Assembly: GCA_026023565.1 (NCBI GenBank) | Contig: JAPETS010000041.1 | Span: 62,001-126,000, forward strand | Reading direction: 5' to 3' | Length of the DNA stretch: 64,000 nucleotides | Origin: Cirrosporium novae-zelandiae | Lineage: Eukaryota | Shown here: one piece after another, positions 53,931 to 64,000 of the stretch | Layout of the letters: every line of letters starts with the position of its first letter | Position numbering within the stretch: the stretch's first letter is position 1 | Program-made: the position numbers and the translations under genes | Notes under the pieces: model-generated | Seen by the model: the letters and a program-made list of their open reading frames with translations, nothing else | Told to the model about the DNA's origin: nothing | Databases searched by the model: none

Positions 53931-56323
53931 TTAATCGACTTTACCATTAGCTCCCCCACTGAGGATACCCTCTTTTCCATCTAAATGAAAGAACCCAGGA
54001 GCACCACCTCTTGCACGGCGAATTGCCTCACGGCCATAAACCGCAATGCCAATAATTAAACCGGCTACGAGAGCTAGTGATATCCATGGATGATTCCCAG
54101 TGGCGCTTGTAACTGTAAAAATGGTATGCTCGAGACGACTGACTGTCGATTTTGCAGTGAGCCGAGGCGGATCAACCGTGATTTCGTGAAGCGTTTCCAA
54201 TATCGACGTCCGAGAAGGGACAATGTAACCGCCCGACGGAGTGGTATCCCAATACCTTCGGTTCTGTGGTCAATGTCAGTAACGCTATCAGTAAAACGGA
54301 TACATTTAACACATACATCTTCATCGTTAATAACGACCCTCTCGCCATTGCGTACATCAATGCCATACGTGGTTCTAATCCATCTTTCCCAAAATACCCC
54401 GTCTACCCAAGCAAATCCAACCTGTTTCTTATCATCCTCACTTATATTGATGCGAATAGTCTTCGCAGATCGAAGAGCTCTCTGGTCGTTACGATCTTCA
54501 GCTTCTTCAATTCTCAACTGCTTAGCGTCTCTCAATTCTTGTCTCTCCAACTGGAATTTTTGAGTTTGTTTGTCCATCCATTCGAGAGCTGCATTCTTGA
54601 GTTCTTTCTTATCCATGAGAAACTCATCAGACCTTTCGCGAGATAAGATGCCGAGTACAACAAATCTGCCCTCCATAATTTCCCGCGCATTAGAAGCCGT
54701 AAGCTCGGGAACAATAGGTAACCAAAGAGATTGCATCCAATTAAGAACAGCTCTGAAATCTCGCATGTCCTTAGGGGCAAGGGCCGTGTAATACGTAGGT
54801 CGGCCATCTCTGGAAACAAGCAATCGTGGCCAAGTTGAAATCTTGAATCTATTCGCGAGTACAGCGCTGTCCGTCTTGACAAGTTTCGCATGACCAATAA
54901 GGCTGAGGCACAGGCGGTCGAGGGCAGCAAAGTCCTCGCTTGTTGTTGCATGGTCAAAGAAATACAGGAAGATAACTTCTTCAGTCTCCTCCAGCTTCTC
55001 AAAATCAGCCGCATCAACATACTGGACTCCCATGCCAACATCCAAAGCCTTGTTGGCATAGTTAACTAGATCGCCTAATCCTCGAAGTCCATCATATTCA
55101 ACACGCTCGCCGCCACGGAAAAAATGTATTGTTGGGTATCCCTTGACTCTAACATCTTTACACAACCTCGGCTCGAGATCACAGTTGACCTCCCCAATAT
55201 TAAGTTTTCCTTGCATCTCTTTAGCCATTTGGGCCCAAACAGGGGCCAAAGCTTGGCAATGGCCACACCATGGGGCATAAAATTTTATAAACCAGGGGTC
55301 TTGAGTTGTGGTTACTAGTTTTTGAAAACTTTCAGCGGTGAGAGGGAGAGAGGTACCAAGAGTGTTTGCAGTAAGCGTCACCTTCGAGGTTTTCTGGCCA
55401 GCCTTTGTGGGAGTTGAAGTTTCTTTCACTGTCATGGATGTTGCATCCTCATTTGCAATTTCAGCGGCTTGTTCATTATGTTTTGAACCGGCCGCGACTC
55501 CGGCCGCAGTATCTTTGTCTTTTGCTTGAGGGGCACTAGGAATTCTTTCAGTATCGACTTCGTGGGCCCCAATAGCTGGCAAATTGACGCCTTCCTTCGC
55601 TCTAGACCCGGGTTTAATTGTTTCTAGTACTTCTTCGATAAAATTGCTAAGACCTTCGATATTCTTCTTGCCTTCATATTTCTTCACCAGTTCGCCATTC
55701 TTGAATAGCTGAAAGGTCGGGAAGGCTTTGATACCGTGATTGGCGCATGCTGTACCATACGCAATGCAATTAAGGGAAGCGAAATGAAAATTGTAGTATC
55801 CGTGGAAAGAATTTAACGACGTCCCTGAAGCATCTTCCGGCGAGCTTGAAGAGAGCGGACTCGAAGTCTTTATGAATGTTAGAGAAACCACAACAATTCA
55901 GAAAACCGGATACTCACGTAGTAAAATTCATATAGTGTCTGCCAGACCGGTGCTATGTCTATGCAGTGAGGACAATATGGAGAATAGTTTTTTACAAACC
56001 TATAACAAGCATTAGAAATAGACCTATAATCTTTTGCAAATCCCGCTATGACATGGTAATCCGTACCAGTAGCCCTCCTTCGTTTGTTCCTCAAACTCGT
56101 CTCCGTTCAGTTCTACCATCGGGGGGACAGTCTTGCCATTAAAAGTGGTATACTGCGGCGCATCATCCTGGTTTTGTATTTCTTCCGGGTTTTCAGAAGC
56201 GCCAACATCGGCTGAAAGGGCTTCTCTTTCAGCCACGTTATCAGGCAAGTTTGGTGGAGGAACAGCGATCGTGGACGAAATCAAAAGGAGCGATGCCAAC
56301 GAGAATGAGAATGAAAACCTCAT
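53931..56323 (-). CDS. EPS1: ER membrane thioredoxin/PDI-family protein, Eps1-like; 3 introns
   Basis: Signal peptide; YSPYCPHC and FYAPWCGHC thioredoxin sites; C-terminal TM helix and GKVD tail. Confidence 0.85.
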
Positions 56324-56856
56324 GGCGTCAACGATCGCCAAAGGGCTCTAATAGCCCTATGGTTATAAAAGAAATGCGGATTGTAACGAGTGAAGTTTGT
56401 GGGTGATGGAAACTTTTGATAGTTGAGTGAGCTTGTCGAGATAGGTAGTGAAAAGGAGCGAATCACCTCGAAGTGTGGAATGAAAAAATCAAATCGAAGC
56501 GTTTCTCCTCTTGTTCATGTCACATGTGGCATCGGGAGCTTCGAAGAATTTTCTTTTCGGATGCTTAAGCACGACTCGAACAGAGCAGTAGGATGGAAAC
56601 CGTAGGACCCCTTTGAGGTTTAAAGTGTCATCTCCAACTTGCCAAGGGAGCCGCCTCGCCATTTGCGACAAGGATCATTAATATCATTAATGGCTGCGCA
56701 TGGACCACCTTCAACTTCGATAACCCGGCTCCAAAGTCAGTCACGAACAAGAGAATTATTTTATTCAATATTGTTGATTAAATTGCTACTCTATTATAGC
56801 TAACCTCTCCCCCTCTTTAATCAATTAACCTCAAGAATCTCCTCTCAGCTATCACA

Positions 56857-57741
56857 ATGAAGCCGGCTTTACGGCTTTTTGCGGCAATCAAGCCGACTCG
56901 TTTCCTTGAGCCAAACGCTCCCACTGGCATTACGGGACTACTGACACATCCTGCTCCACGATCTGCCCTTCTTTACCTTTACAGTGCTACGCTTGATAAG
57001 CTTAGAACAATTCCAGAGTCGTCTGCGTACCGGCAATCTACAGAGGCATTGACTCGACATCGATTGGAAATTGTAGAGGCCATTAAACCGGAAGGCTGGG
57101 ACACTTGGCAAGAAAAGGCCAGGAAGAAGGTGGAAGAGAACCCCAAAGCTTTCAAGGCGGTTACATTTGGCGCTGGAAGTGATTCAGAAAAGACCGGTTT
57201 TGTTAGTCTGAAGTTTGGTGAAGTCCCAGATGAGCGCGACGAGGAATGGGATGGTGAAGATATCGATGCGTCTAGAGAAGGAGCTATGACCGACAAAGAC
57301 GAACTCTTTCAACGACTTCGACGTCCAGGGCCAGGCGAAGGCAATGACTTCAAGACGGACAACGACAATGACACATATCAGTTGTACTTAGATCAGAAAG
57401 CTGGACGGGATGAGTCGACGGTGACATGGGATCCCGAACCAAACCTCAGTGCTGACCAGTATGTTCTGTGTGTTATAGAGTTTGTCAACAGAAATACTGA
57501 TATGGCACACTTAGGATTATCGAGCTTGAAAATAATATTGGCGCTGGTTTAATTGAGGAGGTGATCCAAGTAGCCGAGGGTGAATTAGAGCTTGCCGATG
57601 AGATGATAAAATCTAAAGTGTAAGTAATTGCTCTTCTTACTACTTTCTAAGGTTATTTATTGACATTTATGTAGATGGGAGGACTTAGAAGAGAAGCCAG
57701 TGAAAGGGCAATGGGCATACTTCGAAAGAGGAGCTCATTAG
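56857..57741 (+). CDS. NDUFA5: Complex I accessory subunit NDUFA5 (29.9 kDa type); 2 introns
   Basis: PTGITGL..HP.PR..L..LY...L...PESSAYRQSTEALTRHR; IGAGLIEEVIQVAEGEL; WEDLEEKP..GQWAYF. Confidence 0.92.
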
Positions 57742-58435
57742 TACTACACAGACAGAGAGGCTATAAATTCCCTATAATCGTGTACAAATATATCAATCAC
57801 TTCCCAAGAATCATATGCATTCATACCAAGACTTTTGATACCTAAGAAACATCCACGTGACATCCAATGTATAAAATCCGCTATTTTTGATGGCGAGAAA
57901 ATTCAGCCTCGTTACTTTTTACGGGGAATATCACATGTCGCTGGGCCCTTGCAGGCACAAGTAAACGGTCATGACGGTATGCCAATTGCCCCTTGTGGGT
58001 ACTCAATTTTTTTCAGTGTATTCGCGTCCCAACAAAGCCGCAGTGGCTATTAAGTGTATCAGGCATTCGGTAGAAATGGGCTAACGTGAACTAATTGCCC
58101 ACAAGATCTTCTTATTAGACATGATTAGTGAATATTAGAATACTTGGTAGAGGCAGTAGTTTGAATAGCTTTTAAAAATGTATGTTGTTGCCTTTGCTCG
58201 CAAACTACTACGCTACAACAGTTAGGTCGAGGGGTGGTGAGTGACGTATGATGGTTTGGTGGCTAATAAGACTATCATCATACCGAAGGGCCCCTCCATA
58301 AAAGCTGTCGCATCGTTATCCTGAACCTGCATACACTTCAATAAAGCACTAATCGAACTCACTTTGACATTCACAAAACTTACCTTCAATACTAGATCAT
58401 CAAAAATCAATTCTCTACCCAAATTCATCAACAAT

Positions 58436-59444
58436 ATGTCGTCAACTAGCGTTCACGTTGAAGGAATTTCAAGTCAGACCACCGAGAAGGAAGTGAGGGA
58501 CTTCTTTAGTTTCTGGTATGCACCTCTTCCAGCATAAAACATACCCGATATCTTGAAGTCGATTAACATGTGTTTAGTGGAAAAATCACTTCGCTTTCAA
58601 TTACTCCAACTTCTAACTCTCCCGATTCTTCTAAATCAGCAACCGTGACCTTTGAGAAAGAGACGTTAGTAGGCCCATCCCACCTTTGGAAACAACCTGA
58701 CCCTTTTGTAGTGCAGCAAAGACTGCTCTGCTTCTCGATCATACTACTTTAGGGCCCTCCCAGGTCCACGTCGCCAGTGCAGCTAGTCTTGGTGACATTG
58801 CAGCTGGTGCACCAAAACCCGAAACATCGGGACAGGAAGATGCTGACTTAGCTCAAGAAGATAAACCACGATCTCGCATTGTGGCTGAATATCTTGCACA
58901 TGGCTATGTCCTAAGTGATAAGGCAATCCAGAACGCCATTGCACTAGATCAGAAGCATGGCATCTCTACTCGCTTCACCCAGGCTCTCCAGACATTTGAC
59001 ACCAAGTATCATGCCACTGACAAGGCCAAGGGCATCGATGCTAAATATCGCATCACCGATAAAGCCAATGCTGGCTGGCTTGGACTGAACTCGTACTTTG
59101 AGAAAGCAATGGGAACACCTACTGGCCAGCGCGTCCGAACTTTCTACACTCAGGGAGACAAACAAGTACGCGATATTCACACTGAGGCACGACGACTTGC
59201 AGATCTAAAGAGTGGCAAGGGTGGCGAGAAGAGTGAGACGAAGCCAGTCGAAGGCACCGATCACACGGTGTGTAGCTGTGCTGGCAGCGAAGGGAAATGT
59301 GGATGTGCACCCGGAAAGTGTGACTGTGGAAGTTGCCCCAAGAACACAATAGAAAGCTCTGCGACCGAGCATACAGCAACTGGACCGGCTGCCAATGTGG
59401 CAGCAACTACAAGCGTGCAACCTTTGGATGAGAAGACAGCTTAG
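58436..59444 (+). CDS. Vip1-like RRM protein with a Cys-rich C-terminal segment; 2 introns
   Basis: VHVEGIS..TTEKEVRDFFSFCGKI...ATVTFEKE.AAKTALLL; QEDKPRSRIVAEYLAHGY; VRDIHTEARRLA. Confidence 0.88.
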
Positions 59445-59796
59445 GTGGCAATAAAAAGTGCAAGAGTTTAACTCATGATGGAAATTGGGATGAACGATTG
59501 ACGGCTTCGTTATTTAAAGCGTTTTCCATGGCTTGTATTCTACTCTATTCTATGGGTGTGAACTGTGCCTAGTTACCATAATGGGAAAGTTTTTGATGTT
59601 ATGGAATATTGGAATGAATTGATGAGAAACGTCATTTGCAATTTACAGCCAATTTCCTTTTGCCAGTTAACGCATAAGCAGTCAGGCAGTGAGCCTTCTA
59701 ATATACAGCTAACAAAAAATAGAAAAGCAAATAATCCATCTACCTAGAACCGATCACCATCAACCCACCATGCCACCCGCCTGCCTCCCCATCCAT

Positions 59797-60033
59797 CTAA
59801 ATCCCCTCACCCCTCCCATCCCTACTCGTCTTAGCATGAGCACTCTTCTCCAAAATATGCACCGGATTACTCTCCAACCCATGAAATTTAGTCGTATCGC
59901 TACTTTGCTTGGCCTGGGTATCAGAAGCCGCGGCGCCCGTTTTGCCTGAGCCAGGCACGTCTTGCTGTTGAGCTCCTGTTTGGGTCTCGGGAGGTGGGGA
60001 TTGGCGGCCTTGGGTGGCGGAGGCAGTAGACAT
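59797..60033 (-). CDS. Small hydrophilic fungal protein (78 aa) with a predicted 5'-UTR intron 60080-60165
   Basis: MSTASATQGRQSPPPETQTGAQQ...LESNPVHILE; GCCATG start context; GTGAGT...CTAAC...CAG upstream. Confidence 0.75.
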   Translation of the reverse strand: MSTASATQGRQSPPPETQTGAQQQDVPGSGKTGAAASDTQAKQSSDTTKFHGLESNPVHILEKSAHAKTSRDGRGEGI

Positions 60034-61228
60034 GGCTGTGGGGTTGGGATTGAGATTGGGGTGGATGTTTTTGTTGGTGCTGGAAGAAGGCGGGTGAGTT
60101 GTTAGTTTGGGTTGTTGTTTGGGTAGGTAGATGAGGAGAGATGGAAAGAAAGTAGCTTCACTCACTGTGAATGGATCTCAGAGTTCGTTTTCTTTTCAAA
60201 GTTCTTTTATCTGCTTGTTTATCTGTTTGTATGTTTGCGTGATGAAGTTGAGAATGATGATTCAATGTTAGGAGGTACTATATGAAAGAAGGGAAGTTGA
60301 GAGATATTTGAAGGAAGATACTGTAGTACGAGTGCAGAAGCAGTGATGAAATGCTCGGTCATACTTTCTACATACAGTGCTATTGCGCTCAGCTTGCATA
60401 CTGGTACTTGTATTTTTGCCACATTCACCTCATGGCGCATTACCCCACCATACGTCATAGGCAACCCCACAGTGATGGAAGAGCTTGAGACTTACGAGGT
60501 ACTGTGTATGAGGTGAGGTACCTTTGACGTACGTGGACTGGGTCTAGCTTTGATGATTTGATATTTACCTATCAGTCGTGTTCCATGTTTGCGTGCAGAC
60601 CAGACTACGGAAACTCATCTTAAGGTCCTGGCTTATAAAGTGCCTATGCTAGTAAATGATACTCAAGACCGAACCCGAGCACCTTTCCCAAAGAACTTGG
60701 TTGATCTTGATTGACTATGACTATTTGCTACCTACTTAATTTAAGCCCAACAGTCCAATTGTATCATCCATGCGTGTTAAGTAAAAAATGAATGGAACTT
60801 GCTACCACCAACTCTGGATGCATATTTGGTTGCTGTTGGTGGTTTCAATGGGTCGGAAAAGATCTCGCATATCAGAATCACAATCTTGCTATGATTTTCC
60901 TAGGCCCTTATGCCATTCATGGCATCTCGTTTCCGTTTTCACTGTTGATTTTTTTTATATTCCCCTTTTTTCATAGACCTCATCGCCAGCCGTAGAACAT
61001 AACTGAAATTAGAAATCCTCCCCCTGGCTAAACATTTCCAGATTTCCGTAGAACACCTATATTCAACTATATTCAAATGCCACAGCAACATATCATTATA
61101 ATCATAGTCGAAAGCACAATGATGGCCATAGAAGCCGCTGGGTTTCATATTCTGTAGGCTAGTCCATTGAGAAAAATATTGTCAGCCATACTCTCTGGCA
61201 AGAGCATGTATGATCCTCCCGAACTCGT

Positions 61229-62306
61229 TCAACGCCTTTCTTCAGGCAGGCTAGCAGCACTCTCTCCAGGGCGAATTTCGTCTGTGGCATTTCCTGTATT
61301 CCGATGGCTTCTATCTGGTAATATCTCGCGTGATCTGCTCACGATAGGACTAGCATTACTTGATTCGGATTGGCGACGAGAACTCAAATTTCTTTCCAGT
61401 TCCCGGATACGTCGACGTAGCATTTCATTCTCACGTTTGACTGCATCAAGCTCTGCGCGATGGTGTGCTGCTTCTTCATACCTTGCAATAGCAGCTGCAG
61501 AAGATATCGAGGAAGTTACGGAGTTCTGTCGGCTGGGGGTATCGCGTGTCATATCCAATGACGGCCTTAAAGGCGTGACTGTAGCATCTCTTGCTAGCGC
61601 GATTCCAGAGATACTTCCTGCAATGGCTCCAGTGGTCCCAACCGTACTCGCCCCAGATAATCCACTTGTCGTACTTGCAGGTGTTGTTATACTTCGATTA
61701 CTTAGGCTGGACGAGGAACGATGACGACGAGAAGTAGTTGGATGAGTTGGACCGAGCATACCCTGACTTGCATTGAAATCCGGATTATCGTGCTGACCTG
61801 TAGACGTAGATGAGGCCGTCGACGCAACAGAGGCAGTTTGAGCACGAAGTTGACTCAGTTCTCGTGTTAACCGATTGACCTAAAAGGGTATTAGCAATGA
61901 GGCAATATCATGACTACTACGCTCCTAAACGTACAACTGCTTCCTGTTCCTTCTCTAATTGTAGATGTAGTTCAGCAGGGGTTAGTGGACGCGGATGGCG
62001 AACGGGACCTAAAATATACATTAGTTGTTTCGTTGTCACATGGAGTAGATTACACCAACCTGGCCCACTTCCTACACCTGTATTATCTCCAGTATTTATA
62101 CCAACCCCACCAATGCCTGCCGCCACTACAGGTGGGGATATGGAAAAGGACCCGTGTGTATGCGACAGTCCGCTCGGCGAGCCAAGTGGAAGGGGAGGAG
62201 GGCCCATAAGCTGCGAAGGTCGCCGAGATGATGCGGTTGAGTTAGAATGAGATGGAGGAGCTCTAGGGTGGGGAGAAGGAGGAACCGAGTTAAGATCCGG
62301 AGCCAT
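61229..62306 (-). CDS. Fungal Ser-rich coiled-coil protein of unknown function; introns 61880-61934 and 62009-62059
   Basis: MAPDLNS...GPVRHPRPLTPAELHLQLEKEQEAVVNRLTREL...ELDAVKRENEMLRRRIRELE...GESAAS. Confidence 0.85.
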
Positions 62307-62417
62307 GATGTGTGCCTGTCAATTGCTGAAAGTTGCGATAATCTATAATCCGACTGTGGATGGTTGTAATAGAAAAGTAGTTGACATCAAACTCGACCAT
62401 GGAGCTGACGAAGAACT

Positions 62418-62425
62418 TGACGTCA
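62418..62425. promoter_or_regulatory. Perfect CRE (bZIP/ATF) palindrome TGACGTCA
   Basis: About 110 bp upstream of the ATG at 62306; sequence match only. Confidence 0.3.
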
Positions 62426-63099
62426 AAGCTCGAGCATTATTGGATGCGATACGGTTTGTTGCGAAAACAAGACTTTTTACAAATTGAGTGAATTCCTAGC
62501 ACTGACTTGAGAGTGCTGAGGGACCTATGCGTTCAGAGATTCGAAGAGTCTGGCTGTCTCTCCGAACCACCGTCTCTAATCTTATGCACATATTTGCCAA
62601 CAGGGAAGTTGTGCCTGTCAATCAATATAATTTCGGCTCTTTCACTTCCCGGACGCCTACTTTTACCCTTACAGCTATTATAGAAATAGAGCACTCTATT
62701 GGATATATCCTTTTAGTTATGTAGATAGGAAATTGATCACCAACTAGGCGTACTCCAGAAGCCTCCTGGTAGGATAAATTGAAATTAGAAAATAATTTTC
62801 GTCGAAATCGATTTTTACATATAGTAATTAGAACTTCAGTATTTGTAGTTTCAACTATTTTGCTCCCCTGTCTGGGGAGTGCAGGTTTCATTCTTTTATG
62901 AGGACACATCTATCTAGGTGCTGACCACATTCAACTTTCTTCCAGTAGCTAAGTAGTTAAATTCTACAACATCACCATGAATAATGAATAGCAAAGAAAG
63001 ACTAAAACAATTTACACCGATCTTCATTTTTTCTCCGTTAGAAGTTCGAAGACATTCATAATCCTTGAACTCCTATCTGATCCATGGTTTAGGGCATAA

Positions 63100-64000
63100 C
63101 TAAGCAACGGGAGCGCCTCCTGATATAACAATGGATTCGCCTGGAGACCAATAATGAGTTATCGAGGAACTTGACAAGGAACGGTCGGAGGACTTACCAT
63201 TGACCCAGGTGCCATCAGGTCCGACGAGGAAAGCAACAACTCGAGCAATATCATCTGGCATGCCAATTTTGTTTAGAGGGCTAGATGCCGCAAGAGCCTC
63301 CTCTACTTGTTCATCGTTCATATTGTCCCCTCTAGGCATGTAAAACCTAGCCACCTCGGCGGCCATATCAGTTTTAACACCCCCAGGGCAAACCGCATTA
63401 ACTGTTATTTTCTTATCTCCAAAATCTGATCAAGTTGTTAGTTATTTTAAAACAGTTGATTCATACCACAATCAGGACGCATTACTTACCACAAGCAAAA
63501 CATCTAGCGAAAGCTTGCACCGCGTTCTTACTGGCTGCATAAAGAGCATGGTGTTTAACTGCCTTAGCTTGAGCACTGATACTGCTGAAGAGCACGAGTT
63601 TCCCTCCAACACTCAAGTGCTTATAAGCCTGTTGTCCAACAAAGAATTGGCCTCGAGTATTGATATTGAATACACGATCGAAGTCTTCCGGTTTTATATC
63701 TAGGACATTGCCAAAGTGCTCAATACCACTGTTGCTCACAACAATATCAAGATGGTCGTAACTCTTCATAGCCTCATCAAACATGGCAACTATTTGTTCA
63801 GGTTTGGAGACATCAGCCTTGATAGCAATGGCTTTGCGATTCAAAGCTTTAATTTCTTGGACCACAGTCTCAGCCCGGGTAGCAGAAGAATTGTAATTGA
63901 TAACCAAATCGGCACCACGCGAGGCTAACTCGAGTGCGACCTCACGACCCATGCCCCTGGTGCTGCCAGTGACCAAAGCCACTTTTCCGGAGAGAGGTTG
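63100..64000 (-). CDS. Short-chain dehydrogenase of the hydroxynaphthalene reductase / Ver-1 type (5' end beyond the window); introns 63141-63197 and about 63426-63488
   Basis: TGSTRGMG, SNSGIEHFG, INTRGQFFV, YAASK, DFGDKKITVNAVCPGGVKTDM, WVNG. Confidence 0.88.

Overview
Eukaryotic DNA from an intron-rich filamentous ascomycete (Pezizomycotina-type gene content; short GT-AG introns with CTRAY branch points). It is a gene-dense housekeeping region with 22 intact or window-truncated protein-coding genes: BPL1 (3' end), TANGO2/NRDE, HVA22/REEP, eIF4G, a hypothetical protein, an RRM-like protein, CDK11-like kinase, NDUFAF7, THI20-type ThiD-TenA, F-box/LRR, RAD9, ATS1/RCC1, PPR, the C2H2 factor Con7, DBP2, MET13, QCR10 (absent from the ORF track), EPS1-like PDI, NDUFA5, VIP1-like, two small or hypothetical proteins and a naphthol reductase-like SDR. 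There is also one stop-riddled PTH11-like pseudogene. I recognised no transposon ORF, tRNA, rRNA or CRISPR. The most unusual signals are in RNA processing and translation control. (1) A 3.6-kb stretch upstream of con7 has only 3 sense-strand AUGs, two of them inside a predicted 5'-UTR intron. (2) eIF4G has a 348-nt, stop-free, in-frame GC-AG intron (candidate exitron) encoding an Arg/Asn-rich insert. (3) Candidate regulated introns lie in DBP2 and con7. Exon boundaries were inferred by eye and family calls come from motif recognition; no database searches were run.
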